In this document: one piece after another, positions 29,744 to 42,000 of the stretch
Numbering within the stretch: position 1 is the stretch's first letter
Layout: each line of letters starts with the position of its first letter
NCBI GenBank assembly: GCA_050084985.1
Contig: JBITNC010000001.1
Coordinates: 197,966,001-198,030,000, forward strand
Origin: Nageia nagi
Taxonomy: Eukaryota > Plantae > Pinophyta
Direction of reading: 5' to 3'
Length of the DNA: 64,000 nt
The notes under the pieces: model-generated
What the model saw: the letters and a program-made list of their open reading frames with translations, nothing else
Database searches by the model: none
What the model was told of the DNA's origin: nothing
Made by a program: the position numbers and the translations under genes

Positions 29744-30329
29744 TGCTTATGTTTATCTTGAGAATAGCCTTCATTGATCTAAATACTTACAACTTACATC
29801 TTTGCATTGCATGCTCTCATGTGAGCTTATGACTCTTTCTTACCCACAGAACAGATTGACAATCATGCCAATTGTTTTATTCCTACTACATCATTAGTAG
29901 GATTTCTCCATGTCAATGAAGTCAAAGGAATCTGTGTGCTTCTCATCAGATGCGAATCTCTGTGTTCTTGATTTTTGCATTATGATCTTAGGAGCAGCCT
30001 GGTAAAACTGGATATCATTCTAGAATATCATATCACAGTTTAATGGGAGATTTCTTCTACTCCAAGGCTCTATAGACAAATGCTTACAAGCTATATATTG
30101 AGTTCTGCCATGTGGGTTGCTCAGCTGTGGTTAATTTAGATTGAATGAATCCTTTCACAACCTCAAATCAGTCGCAAATTTCATTTCCCTGAAAGAATGT
30201 AAACTCTTAGCATCAACATTGTTGACTGACTAACTCCCTGTTTAAGTAGTCTAGCCAGATGCAAAAACAGACTGGGAGGTGCATTGACTGTTAAAAAAAG
30301 GTTGTTGCATTTATCGGTGGAAGATGTTC

Positions 30330-31970
30330 AGGAAGAGGAGCATCATGGCGAGGGGAATTCGGCCAGGAGAGTAAGATCTCCTCTGTCTAGAAGGAAGTGG
30401 AGCCCAAGGAGAAGCTCTACTCCAATTGCCAAAGAAAGAAGTCCAAGAAGTTGTCCTACACCAAATAGAGACTCTACACCTGAAAGGAAATTCAATGAGC
30501 TCCTTACAGCAATGAAAAATATGACAGAGGTAGTGCAGAAGCAAACAGTGAAGATGGATGATTGGTTTGGTAGAGAAAAAGGCTCCAAAGAAGAATGCTA
30601 GGAACCTTAGCCCTCCACGTTCTGTCTCTGAAGATGAGGATGATCCAGGAGACAAGGAAAAGAGTGAAAGGGTGCATAGCTTGAGAATATCACATAGCTT
30701 GAGAGACAAAGGATCCACATATCATGGGTCCATGAATCATCAAAACTCACTCTCATAGGGCACAACGTGGGACAAATCCTCTCTTGGGGAGGTACCAAGA
30801 TGAGGACGTTGGGAAGATAGAGGAGCCCCCAATCATTCCTAAGTCGTCCAAGGCTATTTTTGCAAAAAGGTCATCAAATGAGGTAAGAAATTAGATCTCA
30901 AATCCTCTTGAGTTGTATCAGATTTTCCAGGATTATTCCATGCTTGATTGAGAATTTAAAAAAGATGTGAATTTCAGTAGTTATTTGGAGATATTGGGTT
31001 TGAAAGGAAATAGTTCTCATGGAACTCAGTCTTAAGGAAGTCCATGGGGTGATAAGAAAGATTTACACCAAAAGATAAACAAAATACAGTTGCCTATGCA
31101 TGATGGGAAAAACATAACAGCTAGGGCATGGCTACAACAACTCCAAACATACTTCACTCTTTGCCCCAATATGATTGAAGAGGATGCAATATGTTGTTTT
31201 TGGAAGGAGATGCACTTGAGTGGTCGCAACATGGAGTAATTCGTCAAGATTATTCTCCAATTTCCTCTTTTGATGAATTTGCTAGAAGGTTAGTAAACGT
31301 TTTGATAGAAAGAAGGAAACTGACTATTTTATGGAGCTCACAACTTTGAAAAAGCAAGGATCAGTTGATGACTACATTTCAGAATTTCATAAAATAGCAA
31401 TGATGATTCATAATATTTAAGAGGAAAGGTTGACCTTTATTTTTATAGAAGGATTAATGGAACCTATACAAGGTGTGGTGAAAATCTCAAAGCCAAGAAC
31501 TCTTGATGATGCAATAAGAGCTGCCTACAATTTAGAACCCACTATGACCACAAAAGGTGTTCATACACATAAAGGACATATTACACAAGAGATTACAACA
31601 ACAATGGAAGTGACCAGCAAGCCCAAGCCATTCTTTCCACCAAGAACAAGCCAATTGGATGCAACTACTAGAAACAAATTGATGGAAGAAGGTAATTATT
31701 TTCATTGCAAGAAACCATGGGAACCGGAACATAGTTGCCAAGGCAAAGGGCAAGTACACTACGTTGAGGTCCTTCCTCATGATGATGAAAGTTCAGATTT
31801 GAAGCTAGATGGTGACATGTTGGAGCATGAGGATACACCCAAGGAAGAGGCATCTCTTGGAAGCATGATTGCTTCCCTCAATCGAGCACCAAAATATTTC
31901 ACCATGAAGGTAATTGAACAAGCAGGAGGACAAGAGGTAATGGTTCTAATAGAACCTGATGCCAACCAAT
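30330..31970 (+). mobile_element. Degenerate Ty3/gypsy gag and start of protease
   Basis: Retrotrans-gag-like ARAWLQQLQTYF (~31120); ORF 31430-31972 FIEGLMEPIQG...KPRTLDDAI...CKKPWEPEHSC...VMVLIEPDA. Confidence 0.8.
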
Positions 31971-32800
31971 AATAGGCCCAAAGGGCTCAACGTTGGCCTC
32001 CAAGGAGCCAACTAAGGCACACAAGTGTGCAAATTTGACCATTGAAGAAGATATATCGTAAAACAACCACACTCTCCCAGATCTATGGATGCCACAGTGA
32101 AGGGCTTCCTCACAAGCTTGCTCTCGATGAAGAGAACAAAGTGCAGTTCCGAAATACCACCGAATGGATTCAAAAATGTTCACCACTATGGATGCCTCAA
32201 GGAAGGGAAACCTCACAGCACGAACAATCACCTCAAACGCAAAATAGAAGGTGTTCCAAGGCTCCTAATCTCTCCCTGAACTACACGACCAAGGGTGCGT
32301 GATGCCACCAAGCCTTTAGAACCTCCAAAGAGAAGAAAGGGTTTCAATATCAAAATCATCATATCCTCCTAGATTTGGATCTCACCTAGGAGACATCACC
32401 CCATCCTCCAAATCCAATGTTAGCCTCCTAGAAGCTCCCAAATACCAAATGTGGGGTTGGATGTGTTTCCCAATGCATCTAGAAGACATGCATGCCCAAC
32501 ATTAGCCTTCTAGAGGCTACTCACACCAAGTATGGGTCAACAAGGGGTCTAGAGTCCTACCCAAGTTTGGAGCAGGTGTACAAGTGCAACATTGGGGCCA
32601 TAGGTGTCCATACATGCCATGCATTGGCTCTTTAGGTATCATACAACTCATGGGATTCCCAGAATCTATCTTTAGGATCTCCAAGTGCATAAAAATAACA
32701 ATAAAATAATTCATCCTATGCTTGGGAGAAAACTTTCCAACCTTGGGACTCACAATGTGGGTCCAATGGACCTTTATTTTTCTATCCCATGTTATTACTA
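31965..32800 (-). mobile_element. LTR fragment related to the 34016-36493 family
   Basis: gttggcctccaaggagccaactaaggcaca (31992-32021) and the tgggattcccagaatc and cttgggactcacaatgtgggtcc motifs are reverse complements of family motifs. Confidence 0.6.
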
Positions 32801-34015
32801 ATGCAAAAACAAAATATTTATAAAAAGGACACCAATGATCCTAAATTTCCTTAATTTTGTTCAAAAGGGGATGTTAGAAAAGCCTCCCCTCTCAAATTGC
32901 TTGTCCTCAAACAATTGTAAAAAACCAAGAAATATTATCTTCCAAGAATACTTTGGTTCAAGTGCATGTGTTAGTTGTAGCTTCTTCAAGTGGAATGCAA
33001 CTTCAATATGTCCCATGACTATGTGACTTGAATCAGCCAATGAACTCTTCATCCATGTAGCAGCAATGGAAATAGGATACGCTTCTTTTATGAGGAAATT
33101 TTCATCCCTTGGAATGAAGAGAAAAACACTTATCATATCTGAAATATCAAAGAAGAGAACAGCCCCCTTTTTGAGAATACTTTCACTCCTACTGTTGAAC
33201 TCAGCCTTAAATAATGTCGAACATGAACTGATATTATTCATCATCTCCTAACTGTAATTTTCTGTTTCCCTGAACTGATATGAAATCTCAAAATGTTCTC
33301 CCTCAAAACCAGCTCTTATCAAGCAGGTTTGGCTCTGTAATTTGTATGCAAAAATTCTGATATTAGAATGGAATGTTTTCTATCAATAGCAATCCACATT
33401 AAGCACAAAAAAGCAGCCTTGATCCCATTATTTGCATGCAAAAAACTGATATTAAAATGGAGTTTTTTCTGTCAATAAGAATCCACATTAAGCATAAAAA
33501 TGCAGCCTTGATCAACTGCAAGAATTCTAAAATAATGTAGCCATGAGCTAGGACATATTCATGGTAGAATACATTGCCTCCAATTTGCTCAAGTTCTTCA
33601 AAACAAGATTATCTTTCCTGAAAAAACACAATCAGAAATAAAAGTGAGTAAAAACAAGTGGGGCTCTTGCCCCATAATGAAGGCCATGTCCTTCTGGGTC
33701 CCAATGTTTGATCTTCTTGTTGTCAGGCCTTCCTTTTTTTGTCATATCTTGGCCACATCACTTCCATATCTTCTTAAATTCCATGCAAGGTATGAACTTT
33801 ACCATCAACCTAAAAACTCATAGTTAAATTCTTGTCATCGATGTGAATATCACCCAATTCAAACAATCATTGTACTCCCAAAATCATATGAGGACGGCCA
33901 TCAAGAGGATACACAAAAGTTTCTCTAGTTGTATAGTTTGGCAGTCTTACTCCAAATTTTTCAACCACTAGATCTACAAGAGTAAGTTTCCCATTAGCAT
34001 TAGAAACTCTAAACC

Positions 34016-36493
34016 TAAGACATCCCCCTTGCACTTTTAGTTGGACTAGTTTGGTCATCTTGTACTATATCTATTCGATGTATTTGCATTTGCATTGTTG
34101 TAACTCGGGATAGGAGTTTAATGGGTCATGTGGACCCCACTGTCAGCCCAAAGTGGGACATCACCCTCTTAAGTAGTAGATTAGGAATGTGTTGCATTGG
34201 AGATCCCGAATTGTGGGAATCCCAAGGTATTTTTATGCATTTGTGAGTTGGACGGCTACCAGCATGCTAGTGCCACACTAGGGAGGGCCCCATACCCCCA
34301 CGTTGGCTCTTGAGGACTCTAGGACCCTAATGTTCACACTTTAAGTGCTAGGGACCCCACGTTGGCACTTTATGTGGTCATGACCCCCACGTTGGCATAT
34401 TATATGATTATGACCCCCACGTTAACACTGTAACGTTCCCCTTGAACATGTAATGGGACCCATTGGGACATCTTGTAATATATCAATTTAGTATGTCTTC
34501 ATCTACTTCATTGTAACTCAAGACAAGAATTATAATGGGTCCTAAGGACCCCACTATGAGCCCCAAGTGGGATGTCACCCTCCTAAGTAGTAGTTTTGGT
34601 TTGTGAGTTGTACGGAGATCCAAGATTGTGGGAATCCCGATGTCTATATATGTGTTCATGGGTTGGACGGACTTCAACATGATTGCACTACATTGGGGAG
34701 GGTCCCACACCCCCACGTGGGCACTTGAGCACTCCAAGACCCCCACATCAGCTATCTTGGTCATCATGGATCCCACTTCAGCATAAAGGGCCTTTATTAG
34801 TCCCAAGTTGGCACACAGGGCCATTATGACCCCCATGTTGGCTGGTTTGACCATCTTCACCCCAATGTTGGATTAAGAGGGGCTTGGCATGATTTCGATG
34901 TGATAAGGAAAATATAAATAGACATGAGGGCCTCATTGCTAAGGTAGACTATTGATTATATTTCTTGATACTAGACCTTTAAGAAAAAGACTTAGCGATG
35001 CCAGGCAACACATCCTATGCAGGTCGTCTAGAGGGTAGGCAGGCGTTGGGATCCCTAATTATATACTACTTTGGTGGGTCATCAAGCCAATTCCGAGGAT
35101 ACATCTTTACCATTCAATTGGTCGCCAGGGTTCGGGGAGGGCTCCTTAAGTGGAGAGGAATAAAGGTCTGAGGGGGTGGATCTAATCGTGTGGTTCAACA
35201 GATTGCAATGAGGGTTTCATCTTGTTGTGCCTTAGTTGGCTCCTATGAGGCCAATGTCAGGCTCTTTGAGCAAGGTTTTGTATTGTTGTCCATTCTTTAT
35301 CATAACACCAGCCATTGGGCACTACATCTCAATTTGTGTTGTCAATTTTGTTCTTGTGGCATTGTTGTGGTGTTTGTGGTATTTGTTTGTGTTGGTTTTC
35401 CATATTGTGGCCATCGTTGATGTTGTAAACTGGTATAATCATCATTGTGAGCATTCGTTGGGTATGTAATGAGTTTGGTAGCCTTGGAGGGTTGACGTCA
35501 ACAGTGTTTGTGTGTTTGGTGCCCTAAAGGACTAGTGTTGGTGCTATGGATGCATTGTTAAGGGAGTTGGAAGCCCTAGTTAGTGTCTTTGATGATTGTT
35601 TACAGAAATTTGGTTTGAAATCCGTTTTGGATCATTACAAGCACTTTAAGTGATTGGTCCCCCCAAATACCCAACGTTGGATTAGATGAGCCTGGGATGA
35701 CTCCTAGGTTTGTTCCAGACACAAGAAATGTATAAATAGACATTGGAGCTTTAGTATTGAACAGCTATTGATTATTATTACACTTACTACAGACCTTCGA
35801 GCACAAGTCTTAGCGGTGCTAAGCATTCCATTCCTAGGCAGAGCATCTCTAGGGTAGTCAAGTAGTGGGATCCTGATTATCTACAGCATAGGTGGAGCAC
35901 CTTGCCCATTCGGTGGCATTACAAGGATTTATTTCTACCTTCAATGGTTCACCAAGTTTCGAGGAGGGCTCCTTTAGTGGAGAGGATTCGGGATCTGAGG
36001 AAGTAAATCTATCTCGTGGTTTGGTAATTGTTCAGTGTTGAGGGTTTCATAGCATTGTTCCATAATTGGCTCCCTTGAGGCCAATGACTACCCATTGGTC
36101 ATTGGTATTGTATTATTATCATTCTCATCATTCATATACAACCAGAGGGTATTGGATCTCTGTGTATTGTGTATTCCATACTTGTGCATGTGTTGGCTTG
36201 ATTATGCTTCATTGTACAAGTATGAGCCAGACGTTGGCATTGTGATCTGTTATTCATTGTTATATGCTTGCAATTGCTAGATGTTGGCATACTGGGGTTT
36301 GATGGTTGGATCTTGCATTTTATACTTAGGCATTGGCATTTTAGGTATATGAATGTGTAATCTTCATATCCTAACCCTAATGTTGCATGCTTCAAGGTTT
36401 GTTGATGCATGTGTGATACCCTGGACCTAACATTAGGGTTTGATGATTACATCTTACTAGTTTGTCTTCGACTTTGAAATTTGGATCATCACA
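34016..36493 (+). mobile_element. Solo LTR (outer), TSD AAACC
   Basis: AAACC at 34011-34015 and 36494-36498; ends GGATCATCACA; removing it restores the gypsy protease region. Confidence 0.8.
34429..35639 (+). mobile_element. Solo LTR (inner, same family) nested in the outer solo LTR
   Basis: TGTAACGTTCCC...GGATCATTACA; flanks AACAC (34424-34428) and AGCAC (35640-35644), one mismatch; collinear similarity to the outer copy. Confidence 0.8.
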
Positions 36494-37034
36494 AAACCCT
36501 TAGTCATAATTCTTGTTTTCCTTAAAAAATTTTCATCAATGAAATTATGAGTAGCAAATTTCAACAAAAGAGAAAATATGAGAATAGTCTTGGCTAATTA
36601 CACCATGTTGCCACCACTCAAGTGCATCTCCCTTAAAATGCAACATTGCAAAATGAATTGCATCTTCTTCAATCATATTGGGGCTTAGGGTGAAGTACAC
36701 CTAGAGTTGTTGTACCTAGCCCTAGCTGTTATCTTTTTTCCATCATATATAGGTGCTTGCATTTTGTTTATCTTTTGCAGCAAATATTTCCTATCACCCC
36801 ATGAATTTCCCTAAGAACGGGTCCCATAAGAATTGTTCCCTTTCAAACCCAATAACTCCAAATAGCTACTGAAATTCACATCATTTCTTAATTTTGAATC
36901 AAGCAAGGAATAATCTTTGAAATTTTGATTTAACTCAAGAGGGTTTGGAACCCAATTTTTTACCTCATTTGAAGACCTTTTTGTAAACATAGGCTTAGGA
37001 GGCCTACGAAAGATTGGCGACTCCCCTATCTTTC

Positions 37035-37645
37035 TGTAGATGCCTAAAAATGAATTATTGTTTATTAAATAATTCATTTTAGAGCCTCAATGATGTATTA
37101 TGTACATAGGGATGAAATAATACCCTAAGTCATAATAAAGCTATGTCATATGTTTAGTGGACCCTTGTGGTATGTACAAGGGGTCAAAAAGATCAAAGTC
37201 ATGTAAAATTGTATCATATATAAAGGCATCAATTGATGACCTTAAAATTTACGGACAAACAAATATGAGGAGAACTCTAGAGAGATTCTAACACATGATA
37301 CATCACTCTGTTATGCTCACATATTATTCATAAGTTACATTCTTAGGTTCACTATCTGATGATTATTTCGTTCAGTCGTCGCTATATTCTTTCTTGTATT
37401 TGTTTTATTGCTTATCTTAAGCCGTCAATGGCGTGCCAAATATAGGATGCCAATGGCGTGCAATTAAATGAATATATGCTTGTCTTTCATGTATGTTTCT
37501 CTTAATGGAATGAATATGTGATATGATTAAACACAAGTATTTTTCTATTATGCGTTATTCCAATATTTCAGATATATGCATCAAAAAGAAACAAGTAGAC
37601 CAATACATCCCTATAAACAATTATATGCATTATTTTGGGACTACA
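37035..37645. mobile_element. 611-bp solo LTR, TSD CTTTC
   Basis: TGTAGATGCCTAAAAATG...CATTATTTTGGGACTACA with imperfect inverted termini; CTTTC at 37030-37034 and, displaced by the copia insertion, at 47906-47910. Confidence 0.8.
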
Positions 37646-37646
37646 C

Positions 37647-38147
37647 TGTTAGAATTTGTAATGAAATATTGTGAATATCTAAACTCCTTGTAAGTTCAAT
37701 TAATCACTTAAAGGATATGTAGATACCTTAAAGGATTAATTGAATTCTTTATTATGTGTGGACTTTGACCTAACTATGGGGTTAGTTGGTAGGTTAAAGT
37801 TAGGTCACACATTTATTGTAACCCTAACCTTACCCTTGGGTTAAAGGGAGGTTAGGGAGGTGCTCTCACATTATAAATAGAGGGCCTCTCCTCTTGTAAA
37901 GACATCTAAGTTTTGAGTAAGATTACTCTACTAGGTTGTGTAAGAGAGAGCAAGAGAAAAGTTGTAAGAGGCATAGATTGAGAATAGAGAACTAGTTGTG
38001 GATGTACTCCCAAGGAGGGAGGAACCACACTATATTGGTGTCATATTGTGGGAATGTGTTAGTAGCTTGTAGATGTTGCATGTTGAATGTGATTGAGCTT
38101 TCTATAGTCTTGGACCTTTGGGAATTAGATCTAGGCTAATTCCATCA
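37647..38147 (+). repeat. Intact 5' LTR (501 bp)
   Basis: TGTTAG...CCATCA; TATA-like box; immediately followed by a PBS. Confidence 0.93.
37872..37879 (+). promoter_or_regulatory. Putative LTR TATA box (TATAAATA)
   Basis: TATAAATAGAGG in mid-LTR; the same motif is conserved in the related LTR at ~18988-18999 (- strand). Confidence 0.7.
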
Positions 38148-38149
38148 AG

Positions 38150-38161
38150 TGGTATCAGAGC
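38150..38161 (+). promoter_or_regulatory. Primer binding site for initiator tRNA-Met
   Basis: TGGTATCAGAGC 2 nt after the LTR-terminal CA. Confidence 0.92.
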
Positions 38162-38570
38162 TTGGTGTAGAAGCTCTTCTTCTACATCTTGGAGGTTCTT
38201 CATCCTTCTCAAATTTGGAGATCTTAATCCTAATCTTCATTGTGAGGTAAATGGTTTACAATACAATCATTAACCACAACTGGTTTCACTGTACATAGTA
38301 GTCGATCAACTTTAAGCTGACATGTGAGTCTCCATGAGCTTGCTTTCACAAGGTGAGTAACCTGCATTTCTGAAGATCCTGCATGCTACAAACAACTTAT
38401 GAACAAAATCAGTTAGATGCATCATATATTCAAATAAGAGAATCAAATAATGCTATCTTATAAATAACTGATTAATGGTGCACTATAAGTCATCACGGAG
38501 ATGCTAAGCCATCACTCATAGTCACCTGTTGTATATAGACATGTGTTGATTATTAATAGAGCATAAAATT

Positions 38571-39003
38571 TGTACAACGAGTTTCTCACGCAGAGCAAAC
38601 TCACAACAGAGGTATAGAATGTACAACAAGTTCGTCACGCAGAGCGAACTTACCACGGAGGTATATTAATTATATGCTCAAATATTGTACAACGAGTTTC
38701 TCACGCAGAGCAAACTCACCACGGAGGTATAGAGCATCAAAATTGTACAACGAGTTTCTCACGCAGAGCAAACTCACCACGGAGGTATAGAATGTACAAC
38801 AAGTTCGTCACGCAGAGCGAACTTACCACGGAGGTATATTAATTATATGCTCAAAATTTGTACAACGAGTTTCTCACGCAGAGCAAACTCACCACGGAGG
38901 TATAAAATGTACAACAAGTTTGTCACGCAGAGCAAACTTACCACGGAGGTATAAAAATGTACAACAAGTTAGTCACGCAGAGCAAACTTACCACGGAGGT
39001 ATA
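38571..39003. repeat. Array of 8 ~45-bp hairpin-containing repeats with 4-21-bp linkers, in the copia 3'UTR
   Basis: Core TGTACAACRAGTTHSTCACGCAGAGCRAACTYACCACGGAGGTAT at ~38571, 38620, 38686, 38744, 38793, 38859, 38908, 38958. Confidence 0.95.
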
Positions 39004-39074
39004 TCATAATCAACAAATGGTATACAACAACAAAAGAGCCTCTTAGAGGTGAAGTTGTCATCATTAACAAAGGT

Positions 39075-42000
39075 TCAAACTTCACTCCCCCTTGAGGGCA
39101 ACTTCACCAACCCGAGAGAATCCCTAAGCTTGCTGAACTGAGCTTCAGGAAGGGGCTTGGTGAATAGATCAGCGGAGTTTTCAGTAGATGGACAATACTC
39201 CAAGTGTATGATGTCATCTAGAACCTTCTCCTTGATAAAATGGGCTTGGATTTCCACATGTTTGGTTCTCTGATGGAACACAGGATTCTTAGCCAAAGAG
39301 ATAGCCGATTGATTATCTGAAGAAATAAGAGATGGGTCATTTTGCTTATACCCAATTTCGTTCAGAAGATGTCTTAGCCAAATAGCTTCTTGGGCGGCAA
39401 CAGACATGGCTCGATATTCGGCTTCGGTGGTAGAAAGAGTCACAGTAGGTTGCTTCTTGGAAGCCCAAGAGATAGCACCTGAACCAATGTTGAACACATA
39501 TGCAGAGGTTGATTTTCTGTCATCTCTATCTCCCCCATAATCAGAATCTGAAAACCCTGAGAGAACAATTAAGGGCACTTTGGAATACTTAAGAGCAAGA
39601 TCCTTTGTCCCTGCCACATACCTCAAGATTTGCTTCACAGCATTGAGGTGTTCAATATATGGTTTTTGCATGAATCGTGCCATCAGATTCACTGCAAAGG
39701 CAATATCAAGACGAGAGATAGTCAGATACAGAAGACTACCGATCAATTGCCTATAAGTTGTAGCATCGGCCAACTGAGAATCTGAGCTCAGTGATACAAC
39801 GATTCCAGGAGAAACAGGTATTGTAGCATATCTACCCTCCTCCATTCCAAACTTTTGCAAGATGTCTGATATATACTTAGATTGACTAAGATAAGTACAA
39901 TCTTTGTGTTGGTATACTTGCATTCCAAGATAGTAATGCAATAGACCTAGATCAGTCATTTCAAATGTTGCCTTCAGTTTGGATATGCACTCTTGGATGA
40001 TTTCAATATTGTTGCCTGTTATCAGAAGATCATCCACATAAAGGAGAATTAAGACCACGTCTTTTCCTTGATTGAGTACATAGAGATCTGAGTCGGAGAA
40101 GCACTTGGAAAAACCAATATCTGCAAAGAATCCTGAAATTTTCTTGTACCATGCTCTAGTGCTTGTTTAAGTCCATACAAAGACTTCTTTAGTTTGCACA
40201 CAAGAGACTCTTTTCCTTCTGGAATAAATCCTTCTGGTTGATTCATGTAGATTTCTACATCCAAGTCACCATTGAGAAATGCACTCTTGACATCAAGTTG
40301 GAAAACTTTCCATCCCTGAGCTGCAGAAGAGCAAGGATTATCCTAACAGTAGGCATTTTGGCCACAGGAGCAAAGGTTTCCTCATAATCAATACCATATT
40401 TCTGAGCGAATCCTTTGGCCACTAACCTTGCTTTGTATTTTTCAACTTCTCCATCAGAATTGTACTTGACCTTGTAAATCCATTTATTTCCAATCACATT
40501 TTTCTCATTGGGATAAGGAACCAAATCCCAAGTTTCATTTTTCATGAGTGCCTCGTACTCAACTTTCATAGCTTCCATCCAACACTCTTGCTTGCAAGCT
40601 TCTTTGAATGTTGATGGCTCATTCATATTATCAATTTTGGCAAATAAGGATTTATTCAAGGTCATACTTCTTGTAATTCTCTGAGCTGGAGAATTTTGCT
40701 CTTGTGGTGACTTCCCTACATGATCATCCAACCAGTTAGGTGCAAGCATAGAATCTTCTGAATCAGACACCTCAGCATGAGAAGTCGTATCCTCAGGAAG
40801 TTCATTGAACTTGACATCCCTAGAAACAAAGATTGTTTTATGAGATGAGGAGTAGAGCCTGTAACCTCTATGCTGATTATCATACCCCACAAAGATGCAT
40901 TTTTTTGATCTTTTGTCTAGCTTCTTTCTTTTCTCTGAGGTAATGAAGGCAAATGCATCACATCCAAAGACCTTGAAGTGTGAGATGTTAGGTTTCTTTC
41001 CTGTCCATGCTTCATACGGAGTTTTTCCTTTAACTGCTTTAGTAGGACACCTATTAAGGGTGTGAATAGCAGTGTGAACAGCTTCTCCCCATAAGAAACT
41101 AGGAAGGTTACCCAACATGCATCTTGCCATTTCCATAATGGTGCGATTCTTTCTTTCAGCAACTCCATTTTGCTGAGGGGTGTAAGGGATTGTGAATTGT
41201 CGCTTGATCCCATGTTTAACACAATAATCGTTAAACTCATTGCTATTATATTCACCCCCATTGTCAGATCTCAGCATTTTGATCTTAAAATCAGTTTGAT
41301 TTTCAACAAGTGCCTTGAAGTCCTTAAATCGATCAAGAGTTTGATCCTTGTGCTCAAGTAGATAACCAAATGTCATCCTACTGAAGTCATCAATGAAGGT
41401 CAGAACATAAGAAGCTCCCCCTAGAGACTTAGTCTGAATTGGACCCATCAAATCTGAATGCACTAGCTGAAGAGGACGAGTAGCCCGAGTTGCCTTATCC
41501 TTTTCAAACTTTTGCCTATTCATCTTTCCAAGAATGCACCTTTCACAAAGACCAATTGTGGGTGAAATATTAGGTAAACCTTCCACAAGTTCTTGATTTT
41601 TCATATCTTGAATACTCTTGTGGTTAAGGTGCCCTAATCATTGATGCCAAAGATTACCTTTTGAACACACATTTGTAGCAAGACAAATCTTTGAAGGTAC
41701 TTGATCCACAATATAAAGGTCATTCTTTACTGATCCTTTCATCAAAGTGGCAAGTCCTTTCTTAACACACCAGGAGTGTGAGGTAAACTCAAATGAGCAT
41801 CTTGTCCTTGTAATCTGAATTACCGAGATAAGATTCATCCTTAGTTTAGGCACATAAAAGACATTATCAAGTGTCTTTCCATGAATCTTCACATTCCCTA
41901 TTCTTTGAACATCAAGGACTGTATTATCACCTATCACAACTGTATCCTTGTTGTACTTATGAAAATTTTCAAACTTATCCTTTTCATAACACATGTGATT

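Noticed and set aside
38571-39003. CRISPR-like array (palindromic direct repeats with spacers)
   Set aside because: The linkers are 4-21 bp and themselves repeated, there are no cas genes, and the context is a eukaryotic retrotransposon 3'UTR.
38571-39003. Hammerhead ribozyme (retrozyme-like) in the repeats: CTGCGTGAGAAAC on -
   Set aside because: It does not fit the CUGANGA core, lacks a stem II, and GAAAC is not conserved in half of the units.
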